From positions 783 to 64,782 of the forward strand of contig JAHFFW010000014.1 in assembly GCA_023247725.1 (NCBI GenBank): a stretch of 64,000 nt of DNA, read 5' to 3'. Both the position numbers and the translations under genes were made by a program. Under the pieces are notes generated by a model. That model was given only the letters and a program-made list of their open reading frames with translations. It was not told the DNA's origin and ran no database searches. This stretch comes from Candidatus Omnitrophota bacterium (lineage in GTDB: Bacteria > Omnitrophota > Gorgyraeia > Zapsychrales > JAHFFX01). The number at the start of each line of letters is the position of its first letter. Position 1 is the stretch's first letter. This document shows positions 37,174-46,511 of this stretch, piece after piece.

Positions 37174-38772
37174 ATGCGCTTTACCTCCATCCGTTTTAAA
37201 ACGAATATTCTTTATACGCTCATTCTTGGAATCATTCTGATTCTTTACAGCGCGGCTTTGTATTATTCCGTCAGCCGGATCCTTTTCAAGGACGTCGACG
37301 ACAAATTGCGCATCAAGGCCAATGAAATCGCGCAGATCATTTATGCCTATGAAAGCTTGGAGACGACCGCCGCCGGCCCCTTTGACATCATTGCGATGCT
37401 CAAAGGAGAATCTTTTCGGCAGGAACGCATGATCATTGACGATTTGTGGCGATCGGATGTGGAAACCTTGAATCTGAAACAGGATTTTATCCATATTTTG
37501 ATAGGAAACGGAGAGCGGCAATTATATTCCGGGAATCTTACTCCGGAAATCGTTGCCAAGTTTCAAAAGATTTTTTCAGCTGGGACAACGGAAAAATATG
37601 CGACCTTTACTGGCCTTTTCCCATCCAAAAGCAGAGTGGAAGCCAGTATTAGACCTTTTTTCTCTTCGGGAAAAGGCAGTATTGACTTCCACAGCAATGC
37701 TTTTAATGGAAGAAAGGTCAATAAAAGCGATTCCCTGCATTTGCGCGCGATCCGATCTTCGGTCCGGTTTCGTCAGACCGTTCCCATCACCATTCAGATT
37801 GCGACCTCTTTAGAGAGCGTTGAGCATATTTTGAATAAATTATTACTGTTTATGTCCTTGAGCATTTTGACGGTTTTATCCATTACAAGTTTTATGGGAG
37901 GATTTTTTGTGCAAAGGATTTTGCAACCAGTTCTCTCGGTTATTCGAGCCGCCGATCAGCTGTCTCATCGAGATCTGCGCGTTCGAATCAAACAAACGGA
38001 AAAAGACGTGGAGATGATTCTCTTGATTGATTCCTTCAACCGCATGATCGAGCGTTTGGAAAAATCTTTTTCCCATATCAGTGAGTTTAGTTCCCACGTA
38101 GCGCATGAATTAAAAACTCCTCTGGCCATTGTCCGGGGAGAACTGGAATTGGCGCTGGAAAAGAAGCGAGCCCCGGAAGAATATCAGAGGACGATAGAAA
38201 ATTGCCTTGAAGAAGTAGGACGAATGACGAAGATTATCAGGGATTTGTTGCTTTTGGCCAAGCTGGACTACCAGCCGGGGATTTTTAAATTTGAAGAAAT
38301 GGATCTGCGGATTTTTCTTGAGGATATCGATCAGCAATCCCGTATTCTGGCCGCGGACAAAGAAATCGCCCTGAGTTTTGAGAATGAGACCTCTAAGCCG
38401 ATCTGTATCCGCGCCGATCCCGTTCATCTGCGGAGGCTGTTCCTGAATTTGATCAACAATGCCATCAAATTCACTCCGGCCAACGGCCGGATTACGATCC
38501 GAATCAATCCGGATCGGGAGAAGGTCCGTGTCGCGATCTCAGATACTGGAATTGGCATCTCGGCGGAGCACCAGGCGAAGATTTTTGAAAAATTTTATAA
38601 GGTTCAGGAAGAAGACCGCGGCCCGGATACGGGCAGCGGCTTGGGATTAAGTATTGCCTTATCCATCGCCAAGGCGCACGGCGGGGATATTCAGGTTCAA
38701 AGCCATCCGCAAGCAGGTTCCACCTTCAGCGTGATTCTGCCGGTCGTTTATTCTCCTTCGCAAAAGAAATAG
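37174..38772 (+). CDS. HAMP sensor histidine kinase with 38-aa palindromic insertion in extracytoplasmic domain
   Basis: Two TMs, HAMP, VAHELKTPL, NAIKF, GSGLGLSI. Confidence 0.92.
   Translation: MRFTSIRFKTNILYTLILGIILILYSAALYYSVSRILFKDVDDKLRIKANEIAQIIYAYESLETTAAGPFDIIAMLKGESFRQERMIIDDLWRSDVETLNLKQDFIHILIGNGERQLYSGNLTPEIVAKFQKIFSAGTTEKYATFTGLFPSKSRVEASIRPFFSSGKGSIDFHSNAFNGRKVNKSDSLHLRAIRSSVRFRQTVPITIQIATSLESVEHILNKLLLFMSLSILTVLSITSFMGGFFVQRILQPVLSVIRAADQLSHRDLRVRIKQTEKDVEMILLIDSFNRMIERLEKSFSHISEFSSHVAHELKTPLAIVRGELELALEKKRAPEEYQRTIENCLEEVGRMTKIIRDLLLLAKLDYQPGIFKFEEMDLRIFLEDIDQQSRILAADKEIALSFENETSKPICIRADPVHLRRLFLNLINNAIKFTPANGRITIRINPDREKVRVAISDTGIGISAEHQAKIFEKFYKVQEEDRGPDTGSGLGLSIALSIAKAHGGDIQVQSHPQAGSTFSVILPVVYSPSQKK
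37608..37723. mobile_element. TA-flanked palindromic mini-element, family 2 copy 1 (in frame in kinase)
   Basis: Shares TACTGGCCTTTTC, GGAAGCCAG, GACCTTT, AAAAGGC, GTATTGACTTCCAC and AGAAAGGTCAATA blocks with 42715-42827. Confidence 0.82.
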
Positions 38773-38878
38773 TCCCTATTTCTTTTAGCCTTCCATAAGA
38801 ATTTTCTTATTCTTCTTTAACCTTCTTCTTATGGTCTTCCTGCTAAAAATATTGACGTGAAGGGAAGGAGTCGGCGTG

Positions 38879-39226
38879 ATGAGAACGGTCCTCATCGTAG
38901 ATGACGAGGCAACGATTCGCCGCGTTTATGAAGAATTGCTTTCAAACAATGGTTATCGAGTCCTTGCCGTTGAGAATGCCAGTCATGCCGGCCAGGTCCT
39001 CAAACAAGAGGTTATTGATATTATGCTTCTTGATATCAAAATGCCTGAGGTTAGTGATGAAGCGCTTTTTGACGTCGTCCGTGAATTTCATCATGAGATC
39101 AGGATCATTGTGGCCAGTGTCTATCCCATCGATGAACAACGGCAAAGGTTGCCTTGGGCGGATGACTATTATGATAAGGCAGAAAGCTTGAAGCTGTTGC
39201 TGCAGAAGATTGCGCATTTTTCATAA
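38879..39226 (+). CDS. Single-domain response regulator
   Basis: LIVDDE, LLDIKMP. Confidence 0.85.
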   Translation: MRTVLIVDDEATIRRVYEELLSNNGYRVLAVENASHAGQVLKQEVIDIMLLDIKMPEVSDEALFDVVREFHHEIRIIVASVYPIDEQRQRLPWADDYYDKAESLKLLLQKIAHFS

Positions 39227-39263
39227 GAAAAGGTGAAATCAAGGAAAATTGCGAGGGTGCAAT

Positions 39264-39606
39264 ATGAAACGAAAATTGTTTCTCCCGTTCATGTTCATCT
39301 TCGGGGCATTCTTTTTGGGATTATCGGTTGCGCCTGGATATGGCCGGTATCGACAGCGATCAATTGGATATTGAAGTGCAGGGCCACACCCTGACCATTT
39401 CCGGGCAGAATCGGAAACAGAGCCAGGAAAAAAATCCCAATAGCTTCATGAGCATGAATAGCTATGGAGCCTTTTCCCGGACGATTTCTTTGCCTGAGGA
39501 TGCGGACATGACCCGGATGCAGACCAAAAAGGAAAATAACAGCCTCATCATCACGCTGCCTAGGAAACAAGCCGGACAAAAAAGTAACACTGGTTCAACC
39601 ATTTAA
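39264..39606 (+). pseudogene. Hsp20/alpha-crystallin gene, disrupted (signal peptide and Hsp20 core in different frames)
   Basis: MKRKLFLPFMFIFGAFFLGLSVA out of frame with LDMAGID..LDIEV..TLTISG...YGAFSRTISLP..LIITLPR. Confidence 0.65.
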
Positions 39607-39699
39607 CAACTTGAGGGAGGTGAAGAACGCCGAAAAAAAATATCATGGAACAAACGGAATAATCATGACTCATGAATCTATTTGGAAGGAGCAGGACAC

Positions 39700-40008
39700 A
39701 TGAAAAAGAATCTTTTGATTGCAGGGGTTTTGATTTTGGGATTGGTAATGAGCCGTATGGCGTTTGCTGCCGAAACCTATAAGGCCACTACGGCCAAATC
39801 AACGGCAGGGGCCATGATGACGATCGAGGGCAAGATACTTTCCATTGACACCGCCAAGAACCAGATTGTCGTCAAGGACAAAGCCGGCGTCGAAAAGACC
39901 ATTTCCGTCAGCGCGAAAGAAATCACCGGACTGAAAACCGGCGAAGAAGTCAAGGTCAGTTTGAATGCCGATTCCAACATGGCCAGCAGCATCAAGAAGG
40001 TGAAGTAA
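39700..40008 (+). CDS. Small secreted OB-fold-like protein
   Basis: Signal peptide ending AFA; IEGKILSID..LKTGEEVKV. Confidence 0.75.
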   Translation: MKKNLLIAGVLILGLVMSRMAFAAETYKATTAKSTAGAMMTIEGKILSIDTAKNQIVVKDKAGVEKTISVSAKEITGLKTGEEVKVSLNADSNMASSIKKVK

Positions 40009-40049
40009 GATTGTTCTTTGAAGGAAGGGCGGTTGGATTGGCCTTTCCG

Positions 40050-40089
40050 ACGGCGGGCTGCGATCCCTCCCGCAGCCCGCCGTTTTTTT
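40050..40089 (+). terminator. Rho-independent terminator
   Basis: acggcgggctgcg / cgcagcccgccgt followed by T-run. Confidence 0.8.
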
Positions 40090-40116
40090 GTTCTTTCCAG
40101 GTTAGCCCAATTTGCG

Positions 40117-40179
40117 AAAAAGGGGACAGGCGGCTTTTCACTCGCTCTCATTCTAGGAAAAGCCGCCTGTCCCCTTTTT
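40117..40179. repeat. 23-bp-stem palindrome (REP-like / bidirectional terminator)
   Basis: aaaaaggggacaggcggcttttc / gaaaagccgcctgtccccttttt between convergent genes. Confidence 0.75.
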
Positions 40180-40196
40180 TTGAGAAATCCTATCGA

Positions 40197-41456
40197 TTAA
40201 AGATTCGTTTTTCTCTCCAAATTGCGCGGATCAAACTCCAAGGCTCGCAGCTGCGGAGCGAAGAAGGCGGTTGTCGCCACGACCGTAAGAGTCAGGATTC
40301 CACCGACGGCAACGCTGGGAATGGTCCCAATGAGCGCAGCCAAGAGACCACTTTCAAAGGCCCCCAACTCGTTGGAAGAGGTGATAAAAATCCAGCTAAC
40401 CGCGGAAATCCTTCCACGCATATCATCCGGCGACAAAAGCCGAACCATGGAGCGACGGATGACCATGCTGATTCCATCAAAGATGCCGCTGGCCATCAGG
40501 GCCGCTATAGAAAGTAAAAAATTTTTCGAAAAAGCGAAGACGATCATGCTGATGCCAAAGCCCGTCACGGTCCACAATAAATTTCGGCCGGCATGCGTGA
40601 TGGGTGTGTAACGGGTTGACATAAGCATCATCAATAGCGCGCCCGCCGATGGAGCGGCATTGAGAAAACCTAGGCCTTTTGCTCCTACCTTTAAAATGTC
40701 CTGCGCATAGACGGGTAAAAGGGCCATGGCGCCGCCAAAAAACACCGCAAACAAATCCAGGGACATGGAGGCCAATAACGGTTGATGATGAAACACAAAC
40801 CGCCAGCCAACCTGGATACTTTTGAGAAGCGGTTCTTTGTGCAAAGGTTTGATCTGCGGCTTAGGACCGATCGCTGCGGTGCACAGCCAGGATAAAAGAA
40901 AAAAGCTGGCGATCAAAAGATACGAGCCTTTGGCTCCGGCCGCATCAAAAACAAATCCAATGACCGCCGGCCCTATGATCGAACAGCCAATCCAGGTGCT
41001 GCCAATCCAGGATGTGGCACTGACCGTCAGATGTTTCGGGACAACCTGGGCCTCAAACGCCGTATTGGCCGGATCCGCAAAGCCCCGGGCGATTCCCGCC
41101 AGAAAAATGACGGCGTAGAGTCCCATCACGGATATTCCATAGCCATCCCACGAGATGGACGCTAAAGCTAATGCACACAGAAATGAACCGGCGCGAGTGA
41201 TTAAAAGAATGGTCCGTCGATTAAAATGGTCAGCCGCATACCCTCCCACCAAAACTAAGGAGATCGCCGGGATCGCTTCGACCAATCCCAAAATGCCCAG
41301 GGCTAAAGGCGCATGGGTCAACTGATAAATCTGGAAGCCCACCACCACCGCCAATGCCCGGCTTCCCAAGGTAAAGAAACCGATGGAACCGATGAATAGC
41401 CGAATGTCGGCGATGCTTAACGCGGCGAAGGAATGTTGCAACCGGCTATTGTTCAT
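40197..41456 (-). CDS. MFS transporter (MFS_3/EntS-like)
   Basis: 12 TMs, GGYAADHFNRR, LDLFAVFFGGA, MRGRI, SNELGAFESG. Confidence 0.9.
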   Translation of the reverse strand: MNNSRLQHSFAALSIADIRLFIGSIGFFTLGSRALAVVVGFQIYQLTHAPLALGILGLVEAIPAISLVLVGGYAADHFNRRTILLITRAGSFLCALALASISWDGYGISVMGLYAVIFLAGIARGFADPANTAFEAQVVPKHLTVSATSWIGSTWIGCSIIGPAVIGFVFDAAGAKGSYLLIASFFLLSWLCTAAIGPKPQIKPLHKEPLLKSIQVGWRFVFHHQPLLASMSLDLFAVFFGGAMALLPVYAQDILKVGAKGLGFLNAAPSAGALLMMLMSTRYTPITHAGRNLLWTVTGFGISMIVFAFSKNFLLSIAALMASGIFDGISMVIRRSMVRLLSPDDMRGRISAVSWIFITSSNELGAFESGLLAALIGTIPSVAVGGILTLTVVATTAFFAPQLRALEFDPRNLERKTNL

Positions 41457-41533
41457 GAGATGGATTTCCCGTCGTAAAAATGAAATTAATCCTTTTTAAA
41501 CCAAGCCCCATCCGATGTCAAGGAAAAGAATTT

Positions 41534-41587
41534 CTAATGAAAATATAATCTTTCTTTAATGCGGTTTTAATTCTCTTTGGGTATAAT
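41534..41587 (+). promoter_or_regulatory. Promoter with four NTAA boxes at 11-bp spacing and TATAAT -10
   Basis: ctaa 41534, ataa 41545, ttaa 41556, ttaa 41567; TATAAT 41582-41587. Confidence 0.55.
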
Positions 41588-41662
41588 TCCCCGCAGCTTG
41601 CTGCGCTTCCTTTTGGCAGTTTGCTGTGGATACCCCGTCAGCTTGCTGCGGGGTGGTTCATT
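41588..41662 (+). mobile_element. 75-bp non-autonomous derivative of the IS200 at 33685
   Basis: Both IS ends: tccccgcagcttgctgcg and ataccccgtcagcttgctgcggggt. Confidence 0.9.
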
Positions 41663-41703
41663 CAGCAAGCCCCTATATTAGCTCGCCACAAAAGGAGGGC
41701 ACC

Positions 41704-42072
41704 ATGATTAATATGAGAATAGCTCAAAGGCAAGAAGGGGCAACTGAAAATTGCATCCAAAGCTGTCTGGACTGTCACCGGGTTTGTTTGGAAACATTGC
41801 GGTATTGTTTGCAAACCGGCGATCAACATTCGGAGTACGGATTTATTCGATTACTTTTGGATTGCGCCAACCTCAGTCAGATGGCGGCAAAATTTATGCT
41901 GCTCGCCTCGGAATTCCATCCACGGTTGTGTGAATTGTGTGCCTTAGCTTGCGAGCGGTGTGTCGTGGAATGCGCTCAATTCACCGATGATGAACGAATT
42001 CAGCATTGTGCTACGATCTGTCGCCAATGTGCGGAAACCTGCCAGGATATCAGCACCATTCACGTGGGCTAA
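41704..42072 (+). CDS. Cys-rich four-helix copper-storage-like protein (DUF326/Csp3)
   Basis: AGGAGG RBS; CxxxCxxCxxxC repeats. Confidence 0.85.
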   Translation: MINMRIAQRQEGATENCIQSCLDCHRVCLETLRYCLQTGDQHSEYGFIRLLLDCANLSQMAAKFMLLASEFHPRLCELCALACERCVVECAQFTDDERIQHCATICRQCAETCQDISTIHVG

Positions 42073-42153
42073 GGCCACGGCTTTTCCCTTTGTGCAATTA
42101 ATGCCCCGAGGAATGAAGAATTTTTTATAAGTAAACTGGCTCATGGGAACGCC

Positions 42154-42633
42154 ATGTCGGACATCCTTGCCGAATTACAAAAAAAGATCGTGGAATTTAC
42201 TCCCCATTTTATTTCGGGGGTCATGACCTTTGGTTTTTTCTGGATTGGATCCATGATGGCTCAGTTTATTGTGTCTGCCCTGGGGCGAAAGGCCAGACTT
42301 CAGAAAGATATCTTGAAACTACTTGCTCGCAGTGTCGGGCTTGCCCTGCTGATTCTGGGATTGATCAGCGGCTTAGGAACGATGGGCATTAATGTTTCCG
42401 CTCTCGTCGCGAGTTTGGGATTGACCGGTTTCGCCTTGGGATTTGCCTTAAAAGACGGCTTATCGAACACCTTAGCCGGTATCCTCATCTTCATTTACCG
42501 GCCTTTCCGTCTGGGGGATACGATCCGGGTCACGGGTTTCCAGGGAGAGATCATTGATATTGATCTGCGTTATACGACCATGCGCTCGACGGATGGGTCG
42601 GTCCTTATGCCCAATTCAAATTTATTTAATTAA
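42154..42633 (+). CDS. Small mechanosensitive channel MscS-family protein (3' end possibly frameshifted)
   Basis: ALGFALKD.LSN..AG, RPFRLGD.I, MPNS; NPVEILR continues in another frame. Confidence 0.8.
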   Translation: MSDILAELQKKIVEFTPHFISGVMTFGFFWIGSMMAQFIVSALGRKARLQKDILKLLARSVGLALLILGLISGLGTMGINVSALVASLGLTGFALGFALKDGLSNTLAGILIFIYRPFRLGDTIRVTGFQGEIIDIDLRYTTMRSTDGSVLMPNSNLFN

Positions 42634-42714
42634 TCCGGTGGAAATCCTTCGTAAAGAACCAGCGATTTGAATTTTAAATAGGGAAGATAAAAACGCGCGG
42701 GGCGGGCCAGGCTT

Positions 42715-42827
42715 TACTGGCCTTTTCTTTACCAAAGACATTAAGGAAGCCAGCATAACGACCTTTCTTATCTTGGAAAAAGGCCGTATTGACTTCCACT
42801 TTATCTTTGGTAGTAGAAAGGTCAATA
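42715..42827. mobile_element. TA-flanked palindromic mini-element, family 2 copy 2, inside the loop of a 14-bp GC hairpin
   Basis: Homologous to 37608-37723; flanked by gcgcggggcgggcc (42695-42708) and ggcccgccccgcgc (42834-42847). Confidence 0.82.
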
Positions 42828-42907
42828 AGATGCGGCCCGCCCCGCGCTTTTTATTCGCCCCGCCCCAAAGGCGGGGCGAAGGAGAATATTTTACCCACTG
42901 AACCTTT

Positions 42908-44296
42908 ATGCTACAATGGACCCGTATGAAATTGTTCCCGATGCTCCGCCTTCATTGTTTCCTCTTTTTTTTGCTCAGCCTTTGCGGCTGCCATGCCCAC
43001 GAACAGCTCTTTTACGCCGCCCCCAGCGTTCTTCCTCACACCGAGCCCCCCATGAAAACCGCGGGTTTTTGGATCAGCCATACCCCGAACGTCGACGGCG
43101 TGCTCATGGATGAGCCACAGATTGGGGAATTTAACCGCCATCTGCAAAAAGATCTCCGCCTCATCCAGGATATCACGCAATTGTCCAATCCTTATCCGGG
43201 TTTGAATCTTAAAATGAGTTTGGAAACTCCCCTGTTATCTCTGTCCAAGAGATCATTGTGGAAGAATGATGGGCAAAAGGTTGATTCAGAATTTTTTCAT
43301 TCGCTGCGCGTTTTGATGAACTTAGAGGCCATGGCTAGTGAAGTGACATTGAAGTACGGAATCATGACCCATTATACCAACCAAAGGATTTTACCCACCG
43401 ATGAGCCCTTGTTAGCCCAACCATTCGATGTGGATTTCGATGAGTTACAGAATAGTTCCTTGGAAGTGGGAACACCCGTGCGGATTATGCACGAAACCTC
43501 CGACGGAGTCTGGGTCTATGGATTTTCCAATCGCAGCGCCGGCTGGATCAAAAAGTCCGCTGTGTCCTTTTGCGATGAATCGACGGCCAGGCAATTTCTT
43601 TCACCCGCCTCGTTCATGGTCGTAACCGAGCCCAAGGCCGATATTTTTTTGGATCCAGCGATGACTCAATATTATGATAACCTCCGAATGGGGGCCCGTT
43701 TGCCCATCACCATGGAGAATCCGCGTACGGCCGTTCAGGTTTTGCTCCCTGGCCGTGATCAGTCCGGAATGTTTGAGCTTGCGGTGGGCTATGTTCCGGC
43801 CGACGATGTGCATAAAGGGTTTCTTCTTTATACGCCGCGAACAATCCTTCGTCAGGCCTTCAAATTGCTCAATGAGCCCTATGGTTGGGGAGGGATGTAC
43901 GGGGAGCAGGATTGTTCGGCCTTCCTCGTGCAGGTTTTTTCAACCGTGGGCCTCGATTTACCCCGCAATTCCGCCGAGCAGGCCAGGGTTGGAAAAATCA
44001 TCGCGAAGTTTAATCAAGAGACAACCGCTCAACAAAAAACAAATCTCCTTTCACGGGAGGCGATCGCCGGCGCCGCACTCTTGCCTTTGAAGGGACACAT
44101 TATGCTCTATATTGGAACGCTTGAGGGAAGACCATATGCCATCCATGCGACCTGGGCGTACCGTGAATCCGTTTCGGGGAAAGATCGCATTCGCGTGATT
44201 AACCGAGTGGCGGTCACGGATTTGATGTTGGGGGAAGGTTCGAAAAAAGGTTCGCTGTTAGAGCGTTTGACCGGGGTGAACATCCTTGTTCCCTAA
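42908..44296 (+). CDS. NlpC/P60 peptidoglycan peptidase lipoprotein with SH3 domains
   Basis: Lipobox-like LCGC; PYGWGG...DCSA, LPRNS, GHIMLY. Confidence 0.88.
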   Translation: MLQWTRMKLFPMLRLHCFLFFLLSLCGCHAHEQLFYAAPSVLPHTEPPMKTAGFWISHTPNVDGVLMDEPQIGEFNRHLQKDLRLIQDITQLSNPYPGLNLKMSLETPLLSLSKRSLWKNDGQKVDSEFFHSLRVLMNLEAMASEVTLKYGIMTHYTNQRILPTDEPLLAQPFDVDFDELQNSSLEVGTPVRIMHETSDGVWVYGFSNRSAGWIKKSAVSFCDESTARQFLSPASFMVVTEPKADIFLDPAMTQYYDNLRMGARLPITMENPRTAVQVLLPGRDQSGMFELAVGYVPADDVHKGFLLYTPRTILRQAFKLLNEPYGWGGMYGEQDCSAFLVQVFSTVGLDLPRNSAEQARVGKIIAKFNQETTAQQKTNLLSREAIAGAALLPLKGHIMLYIGTLEGRPYAIHATWAYRESVSGKDRIRVINRVAVTDLMLGEGSKKGSLLERLTGVNILVP

Positions 44297-44299
44297 CTG

Positions 44300-45373
44300 A
44301 TGGAAAAGAAAATGTCAATGATGGCAAAGGCCACTTCCTACCAAGAAAAATTGGGCTGGGATGGACAATGGGAAAAGGTTTTTAAACCTTTTTCTGCCGA
44401 TGGCCTAATCCCGGCGCGGGTGATTTCCGAATACAAGGCCACTTATCTTGTTTCCGGCGAAGATCATGATTATAAAGCCCGTCTCATGGGAAAATTCCGT
44501 TATGAGAGTGGCGGACGCGAAGGTTATCCGATCGTCGGAGATTGGGTGGCCATCAAGCCTTTGCCGGACATCAAAGAAGCCATCATCCAAACCGTCCTGC
44601 CGCGGCGCAGCAAGATTTCCCGGAAGGTTCCTCTGGGGGAATCCCGGGAGCAGATCCTCGCGGCCAATGTTGACAAAATATTTATCGTGATGGCGCTGGA
44701 TCAGAGTTTCAGCCTGCGATCCCTCGAGCGGTTTTTGGTGGTGGCAAAGGGATTTGGATTAGAAGCCGTCGTCATTTTGAATAAAATGGATTTGTGTGAC
44801 AACGTGACCCAAAGGCTGAGCGAGGCGAAGGCCTGTGTCGGCGAACATCCGGTTCTGGCCGTCTGTTCGTTCACCCAAAACGGCTATGGGAATCTCCGGA
44901 AACATTTACAAAAAGGCAGGACCATCGTTCTGATTGGACCCTCGGGCGTGGGTAAATCCACCATCGTCAATAATTTTATGGGGGAAGAAGTTCAGGACGT
45001 CATGGATGTCCGAGCCGCAGATTCCAAGGGACGACACATGACGAGCTCGCGCGAATTGTTCCTTTTGCCCCAGGGCGCATTGATTTTGGATTCGCCCGGC
45101 CTTCGCGAATTGCAGTTATGGGAAACCGGTCAGGGTGTGGAAGAAGTTTTTGGTGAAATTGACGTATTGAAATCGCAGTGCCGGTTTCAAGACTGCACCC
45201 ATCAACACGAGCCCGGATGTGCCGTGCATCTAGCCCTGACTCGGGGAGAATTGTCGCAGGAACGTTATGATAGCTTTATCAAATTGCAGAAAGAGCTGGC
45301 GTTTTTAGCGGCCCGCAAAGAAGAAAAATCCTGGCGGGAGCGTAAAAATAAAAATAGAAAGAATCTAAAATGA
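44300..45373 (+). CDS. rsgA: Ribosome small subunit-dependent GTPase
   Basis: AANVD, NKMD, GPSGVGKS, DSPGLRE, CRFQDCTHQHEPGC. Confidence 0.93.
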   Translation: MEKKMSMMAKATSYQEKLGWDGQWEKVFKPFSADGLIPARVISEYKATYLVSGEDHDYKARLMGKFRYESGGREGYPIVGDWVAIKPLPDIKEAIIQTVLPRRSKISRKVPLGESREQILAANVDKIFIVMALDQSFSLRSLERFLVVAKGFGLEAVVILNKMDLCDNVTQRLSEAKACVGEHPVLAVCSFTQNGYGNLRKHLQKGRTIVLIGPSGVGKSTIVNNFMGEEVQDVMDVRAADSKGRHMTSSRELFLLPQGALILDSPGLRELQLWETGQGVEEVFGEIDVLKSQCRFQDCTHQHEPGCAVHLALTRGELSQERYDSFIKLQKELAFLAARKEEKSWRERKNKNRKNLK

Positions 45374-45924
45374 TAAAACGACTCGCACCGATCGCTACGG
45401 CGCGTCTTGCCCTTGAGCCCTGCCGTCTTCGGCATTTGGAGGTTTTGCTCAACAATGCCGAAGATTTTTCTGCGATCTTTGGCTGGAACATCATCCCCGG
45501 TTATTGCGAATCCTCCGGCGCGCTCGAATTCTCTTTGCAGAAGCTGAAAGAAAGGAATTCCCCTTCGCCGTGGTGGGCGCCTTTCTTGGTGATTCACCGT
45601 CGAGATAAGGCCTTGATTGGCCTGGCCGGATACAAAGGCCCGCCCGATCCATCGGGATCGGTTGAAATTGGTTATGGTATTGCTCCGGCTTATCGAGGAA
45701 AGGGCCTGGCCACCGAAACGGCGAGGGCCTTGATGGAATATGCCTTTGAAGATCCCACCGTGCGGGCGGTTTTGGCTCACACTCCTCCCGGAGAGAATCC
45801 ATCGGTTTCGGTTTTGAGAAAATGTGGCCTCAAAGAGATGGGTTCGGTTATGGATCGTATCGATGGCAAAGTGACCCGCTGGCAAATGACTCGAACTGCC
45901 TTCCAAGCCCATTCAGTTCTATGA
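45370..45924 (+). CDS. GNAT acetyltransferase (RimJ/RimL-like)
   Basis: VEIGYGIAPAYRGKGLATE, NPSVSVLRKCG. Confidence 0.88.
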   Translation: MIKRLAPIATARLALEPCRLRHLEVLLNNAEDFSAIFGWNIIPGYCESSGALEFSLQKLKERNSPSPWWAPFLVIHRRDKALIGLAGYKGPPDPSGSVEIGYGIAPAYRGKGLATETARALMEYAFEDPTVRAVLAHTPPGENPSVSVLRKCGLKEMGSVMDRIDGKVTRWQMTRTAFQAHSVL

Positions 45925-46511
45925 AAACAAAATCGCTTCTTCGTTGTGCCTGGTCTTTAAATGATCCTTTGATGGTGGAATACCATGACCGCGAGTGGGG
46001 CGTGCCGGTCCATGATGATTTAAAACTTTTTGAGTTTTTGGTCCTCGAATCCGCCTAGGCGGGTTTGAGCTGGCGGACGGTTCTCTATAAAAGGGAACAT
46101 TACCGCAAGGCTTTTGCCGGTTTTGATCCCCCCAAAGTGGCCCGATTTGATCGCCGGAGGGTGGAGCGGCTGTTGCAAAATCCGGGCATCATCCGCAATC
46201 GCGCCAAGGTCGAGGCCACGATCAACAACGCCAAGCGTTTTTTGGAAGTGCAAAACGAATTTGGGACGTTTGCCAAATATATGTGGGATTTTGTCCAGGG
46301 AAACCCTTTGGTCAACCGTTGGCGGACGATGAAGGACGTCCCAGCGGTCACCGCCGCCGCCGAGGAATTGGCCCTCGACCTGAAGAAACGAGGATTCAAA
46401 TTCCTGGGCCCCACCGTTATGTATGCCCACATGCAGGCCGTCGGGATGGTCAACGATCATACCGTCGATTGTTTTCGCTATCACGAAGTCAACCGGAGGC
46501 ATTCCACATGA
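45921..46511 (+). pseudogene. tag: DNA-3-methyladenine glycosylase I with in-frame TAG
   Basis: RCAW..YHDREWG..LFEFLVLESA*AGLSW..IIRNRAK..GMVNDH; TAG at 46056-46058 replaces the conserved Gln of QAGLSW. Confidence 0.88.

Noticed and set aside
41626-41703. N-terminal extension MDTPSACCGVVH on the Cu-storage ORF
   Set aside because: Read-through from the IS200 miniature; the AGGAGG RBS supports the start at 41704.
46056-46058. In-frame TAG at conserved Gln in tag, suggesting TAG-to-Gln recoding (and TGA at 35517 suggesting TGA recoding)
   Set aside because: TAG and TGA terminate many intact genes here at expected lengths (e.g. 9558, 38772, 55494; 12814, 15506), so single nonsense mutations or errors are simpler.
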